From assembly GCA_016181765.1 (NCBI GenBank), contig JACOYR010000006.1, positions 31,664-95,663 of the forward strand: a stretch of 64,000 nucleotides of DNA, in the 5' to 3' direction. A model generated the notes under the pieces. That model was given only the letters and a program-made list of their open reading frames with translations. It was not told the DNA's origin and ran no database searches. The translations under genes were made by a program, and so were the position numbers. Below, in pieces: positions 49,098 to 58,555 of this stretch (position 1 is the first letter of the stretch; every line of letters begins with the position of its first letter). The DNA comes from Parcubacteria group bacterium. Its GTDB lineage: Bacteria > Patescibacteriota > Patescibacteriia > UBA2169.

Positions 49098-49873
49098 GAA
49101 TGCACGATCGCGGTGAGTCCGCGGGCTTTGACCTCCACCTCAATGGGGCTCGTGAGCTGTTTTTCGGTGTCCGCGAAAATAGATACGGTCTTGGATGTTC
49201 CTCTTATGGTAATTTTTTTTATGGGGAAAAAACTTTCAGGCACATACTTGGTGTTGGGCTCCCTCCCCCGGATCCGGTCCCAAAACGAGTACCGCGGACG
49301 GTACGCGATCACCGCCTCCAGCACCCCGTCATCTGGGGTGATTTTTTTTGGGCCGGCCGCGCTGCGGTAAATATCCGCATTGCACACGCTGATGTGGTGA
49401 TCCTGGTGCAGGGAGCTCACAGAGTATGATTTGAACCGCAGCGCGCTCTGCTTGGGGAACACGGCGGCAGTTACAAAGTAGTGGCGCTGGTTCAAAACAC
49501 CCAAGTCAAACGCGTGCGTCCGGTGCCCGGCGAGCGCATCCACTGCCTCTGGTATGCTGTTAATGCCAAAAAGGCGGGCGATTTCATTGGATCCGGCAAG
49601 CGGCACTGCGCAAAACTCAAAAGAAAAGGGTTCTTTGGACTGCAGGATGAGCGCGTGGTTTAAAATTCTGCTCGCGGTCGCATCATCCCCCACTGCCACA
49701 AACGTCTTAATGCCGCTCCCCAGACACTCCCTAATGTCCGAGGTTATGTTTGAGAGGCGCGAAAGCCGGACCTTGCGGCCCGAAATGCCCTGCTGGGTGG
49801 AGAGTAAATCAAGCCTGTCTAAGAGCCTGTGGTGCGAATTACTTGCCCAGTCATCAATAAAATACGCATACAT
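49094..49873 (-). CDS. Diacylglycerol-kinase-like protein (degenerate)
   Basis: VAVGDDAT (cf. GGDGT), VP....N.IAR..GI, DLG..N, PDDG.LE. Confidence 0.65.
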   Translation of the reverse strand: MYAYFIDDWASNSHHRLLDRLDLLSTQQGISGRKVRLSRLSNITSDIRECLGSGIKTFVAVGDDATASRILNHALILQSKEPFSFEFCAVPLAGSNEIARLFGINSIPEAVDALAGHRTHAFDLGVLNQRHYFVTAAVFPKQSALRFKSYSVSSLHQDHHISVCNADIYRSAAGPKKITPDDGVLEAVIAYRPRYSFWDRIRGREPNTKYVPESFFPIKKITIRGTSKTVSIFADTEKQLTSPIEVEVKARGLTAIVHS

Positions 49874-49879
49874 AACACG

Positions 49880-50317
49880 TTATGTTTCTTTTTTTGGTTT
49901 TTGGACCGGGGCAGGTTCATTCTCCCCTGCCTCAACCTCGGTCGCGGACACCGAACAATGGCCGTGCAGCACTGCGCCGGGCTCAATGGAGAGTATTTTG
50001 GTAATGATGTCTCCGGTAATTTTTGCGGATCCGCCGAGCTCAAGGCTGTCTTTGACGGTCACATTTCCGGCAATTTCTCCGCGCACAATTGCGCTCGCAG
50101 ACTCCACATTTGCTTTAATCTTAGCCCCTTCTTCCACTTTTAGGTTGCCTTTGGTCTTGAGGCTCCCATTCACAATCCCCTGCACCAGCACATCCCCGTC
50201 GCTCTTAAAATCTCCCTCAACTTTAACGCTCGGCCCAATAATGGTCTCCACCTCCCCCTCTTTCATTTCAAAGCTTTTTTGTTTTTCTCCCTTGTCGCGT
50301 CCGTTAAACATTGCCAT
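49880..50317 (-). CDS. Bactofilin (polymer-forming cytoskeletal protein)
   Basis: ETIIG..VKVEG......V.V.G.V.G, G.I.GNV....LEL...A.I.GDI....L.IE.GA...G.C. Confidence 0.92.
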   Translation of the reverse strand: MAMFNGRDKGEKQKSFEMKEGEVETIIGPSVKVEGDFKSDGDVLVQGIVNGSLKTKGNLKVEEGAKIKANVESASAIVRGEIAGNVTVKDSLELGGSAKITGDIITKILSIEPGAVLHGHCSVSATEVEAGENEPAPVQKPKKET

Positions 50318-50451
50318 AATAGTGCCCCTTTTAATGATTATAGGTTCCTATAGTATACTAAAATGGGCATGCATTGTAAAAATAACGCTATTACGGTATA
50401 ATTCGCCTATATTTTGCTCGGATGCGGAACCCCAAACCCCAACTCTGACGC

Positions 50452-50528
50452 GGGCCCTTAGCTCAGCTGGCTAGAGCGCTTCCATGGCATGGAAGAGGCC
50501 ACCGGTTCAAATCCGGTAGGGTCCACCA
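50452..50528 (+). tRNA. tRNA-Ala(GGC)
   Basis: GGGCCCT/AGGGTCC (G3.U70), CTTCC-ATGGCAT-GGAAG, CCA. Confidence 0.95.
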
Positions 50529-50558
50529 TAATTTGTCAAAATTGTCAACTTTTTCATG

Positions 50559-50596
50559 ATGGGTTGAACAAAATTTACATGGGTTGAACAAAAATT
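50559..50596 (+). repeat. Tandem direct repeat ATGGGTTGAACAAAA x2 (20-bp period)
   Basis: atgggttgaacaaaatttac-atgggttgaacaaaaatt between the tRNA-Ala and tRNA-Arg genes. Confidence 0.7.
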
Positions 50597-50609
50597 ATGA
50601 ATCTGACGC

Positions 50610-50685
50610 GTCCTTATAGCTCAATTGGATAGAGCAGTGGCGTCCTAAGCCATTGATCCAGGTTCAAGTCCTGGTAAGGACACCA
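50610..50685 (+). tRNA. tRNA-Arg(CCT)
   Basis: GTCCTTA/TAAGGAC, GTGGC-GTCCTAA-GCCAT, GGTTCAAGTCC, CCA. Confidence 0.93.
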
Positions 50686-50728
50686 GACAAATTGTTCAGT
50701 GTTAAACTTTAAAAATACCTCTTTCTTA

Positions 50729-50847
50729 CAAATTTTCTCTTGGGCTCACCGCAGGCGAGTTAAGAGAAAATTTGAGAGGAGTAGGCGTGCGGAGGGTGTA
50801 GTCAGTGCTGTAAGGCACAGAAGAAACCCGCAGCGCGACTACGACGA
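50729..50847 (+). repeat. Structured tRNA 5'-flanking element, copy C
   Basis: CAAATTTTCTCTT-GGGC-TCACC-GCA-GGCGA-GTT-AAGAGAAAATTTG-AGAGGAGTAG...CTACGACGA joined to tRNA-Ala +1. Confidence 0.85.
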
Positions 50848-50923
50848 GGGCCTGTAGCTCAGTTGGTAGAGCGCCACATTCGCATTGTGGAGGCCAGGAG
50901 TTCAAATCTCCTCAGGTCCACCA
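50848..50923 (+). tRNA. tRNA-Ala(CGC)
   Basis: GGGCCTG/CAGGTCC, CCACA-TTCGCAT-TGTGG, CCA. Confidence 0.95.
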
Positions 50924-51318
50924 GACAAGTATTGTTTAAAAAATCCTGACAACATTTGTTGTTAATAGTATGTATTTGAGTTATTCACATGTCCTGTGGA
51001 TTTCCTGTGAGAAAGGCTAATATTAGCCAAATTAAATCTATGTGAATAACTTATCACTTATTTGTTTATTTATTGTGCATATACGCTTATCATCACTTGT
51101 CAGGAAAAATCCTGACAATTTTTATACACACATACTCAATAAGATGCGAATAAATAAATAAGAGTTATTAGTGTTATATTTTTATAAATAAACACTAGTG
51201 TTAGCCTTAAATTTTACTTATTCACCTATTCCACAGTATTATAGTTATTAATATTAGACAGTATTCTAAAATGAACATATAATAAATCATGCTTTGTCTT
51301 TAAATAAACACTTAAAAT
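50924..51318. other. Candidate replication origin (oriC)
   Basis: ~400-bp very AT-rich gap with TTATNCACA boxes at 50981 (+), 51041 (-) and 51122 (+), plus degenerate boxes near 50995 and 51218-51235. The plus strand looks C-rich before and G-rich after. Confidence 0.65.
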
Positions 51319-51642
51319 ATGCCAGCGCTAGAACTTACGGACCAAAATTTTAATCAAGAGGTTGAGCAAGTTAAGGGAGTGGTCCTTGTAGATTTTTGGG
51401 CGCCGTGGTGCGGGCCGTGCAAAATCCAGGGCCCCATAATTGATGAAATTGCGGATCAGGCCAAAGATGTAAAAATAACAAAACTCAATGTAGATGAAAA
51501 CCAGGAGTCCGGGTCAAAATATGGAGTTATGAGTATTCCAACAATCATTATATTCAAAGACGGCAAACCAATAGAAATATTAGTTGGGTTACATAAAAAA
51601 GACGATATACAGGCAAAGATTGATATAGTAAAAAATAGCTAA
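51319..51642 (+). CDS. trxA: Thioredoxin
   Basis: VDFWAPWCGPCK, SIPT. Confidence 0.97.
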   Translation: MPALELTDQNFNQEVEQVKGVVLVDFWAPWCGPCKIQGPIIDEIADQAKDVKITKLNVDENQESGSKYGVMSIPTIIIFKDGKPIEILVGLHKKDDIQAKIDIVKNS

Positions 51643-51660
51643 TATTAGCCAAAATGTAGT

Positions 51661-52587
51661 ATGGCTAATATATCAAAACTCATTATTATTGGTTCGGGAA
51701 ACGCGGGATATACTGCAGCGATTTATGCTTCACGCGCCCAGCTTAAGCCGATTTTGTTTACCGGGTTTGAGCCGGGCGGCCAGCTCTCACTCACCACTGA
51801 TGTGGAAAACTTCCCCGGGTTCCCAGAAGGCATTCAGGGGCCGGAACTAGTTCAAAGGATGCGCAAACAAGCAGAGCGGTTTAGCACTAACATTATTGAT
51901 AAGGCGGTTGATGGGGTTGATTTTAAGAGCCGCCCGTTTTCGGCGTGGGCTGGGGAAGACCAGTACCAATCAGACGCAGTGATTATTGCAACCGGAGCCT
52001 CGGCCAAGTGGCTCGGCCTTCCTTCGGAGCAGCGTTTGCGCGGCAAGGGCGTATCAAGCTGCGCCACGTGCGATGGGTTTTTCTTTAGGGGCAAGGACGT
52101 GGTGGTGGTCGGCGGCGGCGATGTATCTTTGCAGGATAGTATATTTCTCACTAAGTTTGTTGCGGGCATCACAGTGCTGGTGCGCAAAGACTCATTCCGC
52201 GCGAGCACGTACATGAAGGAAAAAGCAGAGAAAAATCCGAAGATAAAATTTTTAATGAATACCGAAGTTGTTGAGGTGCTTGGAGAAAATTCCGTGTCCG
52301 GCGTGAAAGTTAAAAATAACAAGACCAACGAGGAGTCGGAGATCCTATGCCAGGGCGTGTTTGTGGCAATCGGCCACGCGCCGAACACTGATATTTTTAA
52401 GGGCCAGCTTGAGCTTGATATAAAAGGCTATGTGGTGCTCAAAAACGGCATGATGACGAGCGTCCCGGGCGTGTTTGCGGCAGGAGACGTGCATGACCAC
52501 GAATACCGCCAGGCAATAACCGCGGCAGGGGCGGGCTGCGCCGCTGAAATAGACGCAGAGCGCTGGTTGGAAAAACAAGAACCATAA
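51661..52587 (+). CDS. trxB: Thioredoxin-disulfide reductase
   Basis: IIGSG.AG, GGQL..TT.VEN.PGF, CATCDG, VFAAGDV.D..YRQAITAAG. Confidence 0.96.
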   Translation: MANISKLIIIGSGNAGYTAAIYASRAQLKPILFTGFEPGGQLSLTTDVENFPGFPEGIQGPELVQRMRKQAERFSTNIIDKAVDGVDFKSRPFSAWAGEDQYQSDAVIIATGASAKWLGLPSEQRLRGKGVSSCATCDGFFFRGKDVVVVGGGDVSLQDSIFLTKFVAGITVLVRKDSFRASTYMKEKAEKNPKIKFLMNTEVVEVLGENSVSGVKVKNNKTNEESEILCQGVFVAIGHAPNTDIFKGQLELDIKGYVVLKNGMMTSVPGVFAAGDVHDHEYRQAITAAGAGCAAEIDAERWLEKQEP

Positions 52588-52602
52588 TAAGAAAACCGCC
52601 CT

Positions 52603-53823
52603 ATGTCCGCATTTGAGAACGCAATGCAGCAGCTGGATGCTGCCGCACAAAAACTTAACCTTGGCCCGGGCGCGGTTGCAAAGCTCAAAGAGCCGAACCA
52701 CATCCACGAGTTTGACATTCCCGTGATGCTGGACAGCGGTTCAGAGAAAAAATTCAAAGGCTATCGCGTGCAGTTCAATAACAGCCGCGGCCCGTACAAG
52801 GGCGGCATCCGTTTCCATCCGCAGGTTGATGTTGACGAGGTGAAGGCCCTGGCGTTCTGGATGGCAATCAAAACCGCGGTCGTAAACATTCCCATGGGAG
52901 GCGGCAAGGGAGGGGTTTCGGTCAACCCCAAAGAGCTATCAAGCGCCGAACTGGAGCGGCTTTCGCGCGCGTGGGTTGCGCACATGGCTCCGCACATTGG
53001 CCCGCACCAGGACGTGCCCGCCCCGGACGTAAACACCAATCCGCAGATTATGGATTGGATGGCAGATGAGTACGAAAAAATTACCGGCGAGAAAACACGC
53101 GCGACATTTACCGGAAAATCACTTGAGGCTGGCGGAAGCGAGGGCCGGGGCACCGCAACCGGCCAGGGTGCTTTTTACGTGCTGGGGGAGCTTATGGCTG
53201 CCCTGGGCATGGAGCTAGCCGGAAAGCGGGTTGTGGTTCAGGGGTTTGGGAATGCGGGCTACCACTTTAGCCAGCTCGCCTCTGCCGCGGGCTGCCGCAT
53301 TGTCGGGGTTTCTGATTCCAAGGGCGGCATCTATAATCCGGATGGCTTGCACATTGAAGCAATCATGAAAACAAAAGAAGAGCGGGGTTCGGTGGTTGCG
53401 AGCGATGCCGGAACCAGCGTTTCAAACCGCGAGCTTTTGGAGCTTGCGTGCGACATCCTGGTGCCTGCTGCCCTTGAAAACCAGATCACCAAAGAGAACG
53501 CAGGCAGGATCCAGGCTAAGGTGGTTCTTGAAATCGCGAACGGCCCCACCACTCCGGAAGCGGACGCGATCCTGTGGGCAAAAAAAACCTACGTGGTCCC
53601 GGACGTGCTTGCAAACGCGGGCGGAGTCACGGTGAGCTACTTTGAGTGGGACCAAAACCTCAAGGGCGAACACTGGAGCGAGAAGGAAGTGTTCGCCAAA
53701 CTTGAGTCAGTGATGAAAGATGCATTCAGGGCAGTGTGGGACGCGCACAAGGAACACAATGTTGATCTGCGCACAGCCGCGTTCATGGTTGCGGTCCGCC
53801 GGATCATTGAGGCGATGCAATAG
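52603..53823 (+). CDS. gdhA: Glu/Leu/Phe/Val dehydrogenase (glutamate dehydrogenase)
   Basis: GPYKGGIRFHP, GGGKGG, DVPAPDVNT, VQGFGNAG, EIANGPTT, NAGGVTVSYFEW. Confidence 0.92.
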   Translation: MSAFENAMQQLDAAAQKLNLGPGAVAKLKEPNHIHEFDIPVMLDSGSEKKFKGYRVQFNNSRGPYKGGIRFHPQVDVDEVKALAFWMAIKTAVVNIPMGGGKGGVSVNPKELSSAELERLSRAWVAHMAPHIGPHQDVPAPDVNTNPQIMDWMADEYEKITGEKTRATFTGKSLEAGGSEGRGTATGQGAFYVLGELMAALGMELAGKRVVVQGFGNAGYHFSQLASAAGCRIVGVSDSKGGIYNPDGLHIEAIMKTKEERGSVVASDAGTSVSNRELLELACDILVPAALENQITKENAGRIQAKVVLEIANGPTTPEADAILWAKKTYVVPDVLANAGGVTVSYFEWDQNLKGEHWSEKEVFAKLESVMKDAFRAVWDAHKEHNVDLRTAAFMVAVRRIIEAMQ

Positions 53824-53892
53824 CGCCGGTATGCGCGGGATGATTCGTTGTTCTCTGTTTTTTGGCGTTCATTTGTTGTATACTAAATGCGT

Positions 53893-54438
53893 ATGCCAAA
53901 CCAGGATGCGTCATTCTTGAATCCAGACAGCATAGTGAGCCAGCTCAAGCTTGCTCCCGGCTCCCAGGTCGGCGATTTGGGCTGCGGAACCGGCTACATG
54001 TCATTTGCCGCGTCCCGCGCCGTGGGTGCAAAGGGCAGGGTGTATGCGGTTGACGTGCAAAAGGCGGTTCTTGAACAAGTAAAGAAAGAGGTGCGGGTTG
54101 AGGGCATTTCCAATATCACCGCCATTTGGTCAGACCTGGAAGTGCCCGGGGCAACCCAGATTGCGGCCGCATCCCTTGACGCGGTGCTCCTGGTGAATAT
54201 ACTGTTTTTAGTGAAAGACAAGGCCGCGGTGTTTAAGGAAGCGAAACGCCTGCTTAAAAAAGAAGGCACTCTGCTCGTGGTTGACTGGCTGCCTGGCGCA
54301 ACCGGCATTGGCCCTGCCCCGGATGCGCGCGTGGGCGCGGATCAGGCGCTGCAGCTTGCCCAAAGCGCGGGGTTTGAAAAACAGGCGGATATAGACGCAG
54401 GAAAATTTCACTACGGAATAGTATGTAAACAACAATGA
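53893..54438 (+). CDS. Class I SAM-dependent methyltransferase
   Basis: DLGCGTG, VYAVD, R.LK..G.L.VVDW, HYG. Confidence 0.88.
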   Translation: MPNQDASFLNPDSIVSQLKLAPGSQVGDLGCGTGYMSFAASRAVGAKGRVYAVDVQKAVLEQVKKEVRVEGISNITAIWSDLEVPGATQIAAASLDAVLLVNILFLVKDKAAVFKEAKRLLKKEGTLLVVDWLPGATGIGPAPDARVGADQALQLAQSAGFEKQADIDAGKFHYGIVCKQQ

Positions 54439-54839
54439 GCATAGACATTCTACTTCATCTCCTTTCCCCGGCATATTTGTTCAACAAGAATCACGGGCCA
54501 TTCACTTCAAACCTCGCGGACGTGTTTTTGTGGTTCAATATCGGGCTCTTGGCGCTTGCCGTCCTGGTTAAAATTTTATCTAAAAAAGGTGATATTTTCG
54601 CCAAAAAAGCAGCATCAAAGTTCAATTCCCTTGCCTGGACCATGGGGCTTATCGGCATTATTTTGTACGGATTCAGACAGATAAATGTGCTGTATCTGTC
54701 TGCCCCTGTTTTTATCCTGATCTGGGGGATTATAGCGGTAATTTGGCTAACCTTGGCGCTTAATTATAGGTTCAATACTGTTCCTATGCGGAGAAAACAG
54801 GTTAGCCGTGAATCAAACAAGCGGGACTATTTTGAGTAA
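54435..54839 (+). CDS. Hypothetical membrane protein (3 TM)
   Basis: Hydrophobic helices, FRQINV.YLS motif; overlaps both neighbours. Confidence 0.65.
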   Translation: MSIDILLHLLSPAYLFNKNHGPFTSNLADVFLWFNIGLLALAVLVKILSKKGDIFAKKAASKFNSLAWTMGLIGIILYGFRQINVLYLSAPVFILIWGIIAVIWLTLALNYRFNTVPMRRKQVSRESNKRDYFE

Positions 54840-55210
54840 TGGGCTCCCCAACTCAAAACCTCGGATCGCGCGGGGAAGACATTGCTGCTTGGTATTTGGT
54901 CAAGGCAGGATTTCGGATACTCGCGAGGCGCTTCCAGAACAGGTTCGGCGAGATTGATCTTATTGCCGAGGAAGCTGGGCAGACCGTGTTCGTGGAAGTG
55001 AGGGTGCGTTTAAAAAGTATGCGCGGCTTGCCGGAGCAGACTATTAACTCCGAAAAACAAAAAAAACTCCAAAAGATTATTTCCGCTTACATTAGCCTAA
55101 AAGAAATTGAAGATTTCAGGGTTGATGTGGTGACAATCAGCCCCGGATCAACGCCAAAGACCTTGAATATCAGGCACCACAGGGCGCAGTGCGAGGCGCT
55201 GGATTTTTAA
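54839..55210 (+). CDS. YraN/UPF0102-family PD-(D/E)XK protein
   Basis: LG..GE..A..YL...G..IL, GEIDLIA, VFVEV, FRVDVV. Confidence 0.9.
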   Translation: MGSPTQNLGSRGEDIAAWYLVKAGFRILARRFQNRFGEIDLIAEEAGQTVFVEVRVRLKSMRGLPEQTINSEKQKKLQKIISAYISLKEIEDFRVDVVTISPGSTPKTLNIRHHRAQCEALDF

Positions 55211-55417
55211 GGGGACTTTTCCATAGGCTATACACAGAATTACCCACACCCCTTGTTTTAGGATATTTTTTTGATGTTTTGTTTTTTGGTTTTTTGCGCT
55301 ACAATATACTTAAGTTCATTCAATCGGCCATAGCTTGTACGCAGGAGGCAAGCAGCCTAGACCTCATTTCTCTTCATCAATCAGAAACAGGAAGAGGCAT
55401 GAGCATTCGGCCACACT

Positions 55418-57085
55418 ATGGCCACGCCACAACAGCACACACGGTTTTGGGGCTCTACCAACAGGAGCGCAAAACATACTCTAATTGCAGCAGGACTCGC
55501 CATAATCGCAAGCGCGGTTTTTGCGCTGTCCGGATCCCAGGGAGTAGAGGCAGCTTCTGCACCGATTCTGGCAAGCCCGGAGCAGGGGCAGAGCTTCACC
55601 GCCCCGGCGCCGGTTTTGGCGGGAACCGCGCAGGGAGCGAGCGAGGTATTGGTGTTCATAGATAGTGTACTCAATGGCGCCGCAACAGTCACCGACAGCC
55701 GGTTTTTGTATGTCCCGTTTTTGCCGCTTGGGTCAGGCGGGCATGCTATCCAGCTGCAGGCGCGCGATGCGGCAAGCGGAGAGCTTTCAGAGTTGAGCCT
55801 GGTAACACTCATTACAGTTATCCCGAATCCATCTCCCGCGCTTTTGGTCCCTTCAGAAGGAGCCAAGCTCGGAGCTGACCGCGCATGGGTCGGCGGGGTT
55901 GCGGCTAACGGCTCCTTGGTCCGGATTTTGGTTGACGGGGTTGAGCGCGCCCGCACCCAGGCCAAAGACCACGCATCCGGTACCGCAAGCTTCGGGACAG
56001 AGCTCAAGGGCTTAGGGCTCGGGGAGCACGCCATCACTGCCGTTGCCCGCGATTCCCGCGGAAAAGAGAGCTTCGCGTCACATGCGCTCACCATCAACAT
56101 CCTTCCCCCCACCCCGGCGCCGGTCCTGTTCAGGCCCGTTGTAAACGCTGATTCAGGCATTGAGCGGCCGTTTATCACGGGGATCGCAAAGAACGGATTT
56201 GTGGTCTCAATCGTGGTTGACGGAAAAATTTTGCAGCAGATCCCGCTCGGCCAGGATCCATCCGGGGTTATCAGCTTTGCGTACCAGCCGCGGCTTGCTC
56301 TCGGTTTGGGCAGACACACCATTGAAACGTTCGCGTCTGACCGCGGCAAACTCTCCAATAATTCATTGCCGATTTACTGGCAGGTTGGCGATGCGGTGCC
56401 GAGCGCAGGCATAATTGATGATGAGGAGCCTGTGCCAGCCGAGGAGCCTGCGGCAACAGAGAACCAGGGCGAGGAGCCAAAGTCCCCGATTGCGGTTTCC
56501 GAACCCGAGAAACCAACCCCTTTGACGGTGACTGATCTGCTGGCTGAACCCGGAGAGCCCGAACAGCCGGTTGTTCCGGATGCACTGCCCGAGGCGCCAT
56601 TGGTCCCGCAAACGCCCGCGGGCCGCATTATTGCTGATGACGAGGGCTCACTCGGCGCTGCGGATGGGCCTAAAGAGCTTGCGCAGGCGGACGAAGAGGC
56701 TGGGGCCGAAGACGATGAAGTTACGGAGATTGCGCCAGGGGCCGTGGTGCGGCAGACTGACGGCGCGGCAAGTGAATTTACACTCAACACATCCCTGGTT
56801 ATCGGCATTGTGATCCTTGTATTCCTCTTGCTCTCTATTTTGGTGTGGTACATCCAGGAAAAGCGCTCCCAGCTCGGGGAGCGCGTGGTGAGCATTTTTA
56901 AGGAGGATGATGAGTCCGTAAACGTTAATGTGACCCGTTTGCCCGGGGACAAAGAGGAAAAGAAAGAAGGCGAAAAGAGAAAACCGGATAATACCCCGCC
57001 TCCCCCGGAGTTGCCGCGCTATGACATGCCCCCGCGGTTTGACGGGCCCGATGACCTGCCTCCCCCGCCTCCGCCGATGTTTTGA
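55418..57085 (+). CDS. Surface protein with tandem Ig-like domains, acidic Pro-rich stalk, TM anchor and Pro-rich cytoplasmic tail
   Basis: Signal peptide; three repeats of G......V.I.VDG...LG.G.H.I...A.D; TM LVIGIVILVFLLLSILVWY. Confidence 0.75.
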   Translation: MATPQQHTRFWGSTNRSAKHTLIAAGLAIIASAVFALSGSQGVEAASAPILASPEQGQSFTAPAPVLAGTAQGASEVLVFIDSVLNGAATVTDSRFLYVPFLPLGSGGHAIQLQARDAASGELSELSLVTLITVIPNPSPALLVPSEGAKLGADRAWVGGVAANGSLVRILVDGVERARTQAKDHASGTASFGTELKGLGLGEHAITAVARDSRGKESFASHALTINILPPTPAPVLFRPVVNADSGIERPFITGIAKNGFVVSIVVDGKILQQIPLGQDPSGVISFAYQPRLALGLGRHTIETFASDRGKLSNNSLPIYWQVGDAVPSAGIIDDEEPVPAEEPAATENQGEEPKSPIAVSEPEKPTPLTVTDLLAEPGEPEQPVVPDALPEAPLVPQTPAGRIIADDEGSLGAADGPKELAQADEEAGAEDDEVTEIAPGAVVRQTDGAASEFTLNTSLVIGIVILVFLLLSILVWYIQEKRSQLGERVVSIFKEDDESVNVNVTRLPGDKEEKKEGEKRKPDNTPPPPELPRYDMPPRFDGPDDLPPPPPPMF

Positions 57086-57090
57086 TGAAT

Positions 57091-57122
57091 ACACGCCCCG
57101 CTCTTGGAGCGGGGCGTGTTGT
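57091..57122 (+). terminator. Hairpin terminator candidate
   Basis: ACACGCCCCGCTC-TTG-GAGCGGGGCGTGT followed by TGTT. Confidence 0.65.
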
Positions 57123-57213
57123 TGCGCTTGCCATTTCCCAAAAACGTGCTACCATACCAGTAGGCTAGTTATACGAAAGGTAGACTAGCTATTTTTTCTA
57201 CCTACAAAAGCCT

Positions 57214-58539
57214 ATGTCAAAAGAAGTGCTACAAGCCATCAAAGCCATTTGCGACGAAAAGCACATCTCCGTGGAGAGCGTGCTTTCCACTATTGAGCAG
57301 GCGCTGGCCGCCGCTTTCCGCAAAGACTTCGGGAATCGCATGCAGAACCTGAAGGTTGATTTTAATCCGGAAACCATGGCCATCAAGGTCTATGACGTAA
57401 AAACCGTGGTAGAGGATCAGGAACTGGACGAAGAGGGGAACGTGATCGGCGCAGAAGGCGAGACCATTGAAAAGACGGAAGAGAAGCCCGAAGAGAAAAA
57501 AGAGGGCCAAGCTTCTGCGGCAATTGAGGGCGAAGAGGAAGAAGAGCGGTTCAACCCAAAGACGCAGATTATGATTTCGCAAGCCCGCGAGATTAAGCCG
57601 GGCGCTGAACTCGGCGAGGAGCTGGTGCAGGAGCTTGAGGTTCCGGGCGAGTTCGGCCGCATGGCCGCGCAGACCGCGAAGCAGGTCATTATCCAGCGCC
57701 TGCGCGAGGCAGAGCGCGAGGTCGTGTTCAACGAGTACAAGGACAAAGAGGGAACGCTCATCAACGGCACGATCCAGCGCATTGAGGCGGGCAACGTGTT
57801 GGTTGACATTGGCCAGGCAACGGCCATCATGCCGCCTTCCGAGCAGGTGCGGAGCGAACACTACTCTTCCGGATCGCAGCTGCGCTTTTTCATCAAATCA
57901 GTCGCAACCTCAAGCCGCGGGCCCGAGGTGATTGTTTCGCGCAGCGCGCGCGAGCTGGTGCGCCGATTGTTTGAAATGGAAGTTCCGGAAATCGCGGATG
58001 GTGCCGTGCTCATCAAGTCAATCGCCCGCGAGCCGGGGAGCCGCTCAAAGATAGCGGTTACTACCTCCGCAGATAATGTGGATCCGGTGGGTTCGTGCGT
58101 GGGCCAGCGCGGCACGCGCGTGCAGTTCATCATCAACGAGCTGGGCGGAGAAAAAATTGATATTATTGAGTGGGACGCGGACGACATCCAGTTCATTAAG
58201 AACGCGCTTTCCCCTGCAAAGGTGGCTGATGTTGCTCTGCACGAGGAAGCCCGGACCGCGGAAGCGTTCGTGGCCGCTGACCAGTTTTCTTTGGCCATCG
58301 GCAAGCAGGGACAGAACGTCCGGCTCGCGTCCAGCTTGACCGGATGGAGGATTGATATTAAGCCAGCCCAAGGCGTTGCCGCCCCCGAAGCTCCGGCAAA
58401 GGGGCCCCAAGAGCCCGGAGCGCCGGAAGAGGCTGGAAAAAAAGAAGAGGCCGCACGCTCAAACGGGGAAGCCGAACACGTGGAAGTGCCCAAGCCGGAA
58501 GTGCCCAAGCCAAAGGAGGAACCAACGTCAGATACATAA
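57214..58539 (+). CDS. nusA: Transcription termination factor NusA
   Basis: [65 protein letters not shown]. Confidence 0.97.
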   Translation: MSKEVLQAIKAICDEKHISVESVLSTIEQALAAAFRKDFGNRMQNLKVDFNPETMAIKVYDVKTVVEDQELDEEGNVIGAEGETIEKTEEKPEEKKEGQASAAIEGEEEEERFNPKTQIMISQAREIKPGAELGEELVQELEVPGEFGRMAAQTAKQVIIQRLREAEREVVFNEYKDKEGTLINGTIQRIEAGNVLVDIGQATAIMPPSEQVRSEHYSSGSQLRFFIKSVATSSRGPEVIVSRSARELVRRLFEMEVPEIADGAVLIKSIAREPGSRSKIAVTTSADNVDPVGSCVGQRGTRVQFIINELGGEKIDIIEWDADDIQFIKNALSPAKVADVALHEEARTAEAFVAADQFSLAIGKQGQNVRLASSLTGWRIDIKPAQGVAAPEAPAKGPQEPGAPEEAGKKEEAARSNGEAEHVEVPKPEVPKPKEEPTSDT

Positions 58540-58555
58540 TTAAGGGATACCTACT

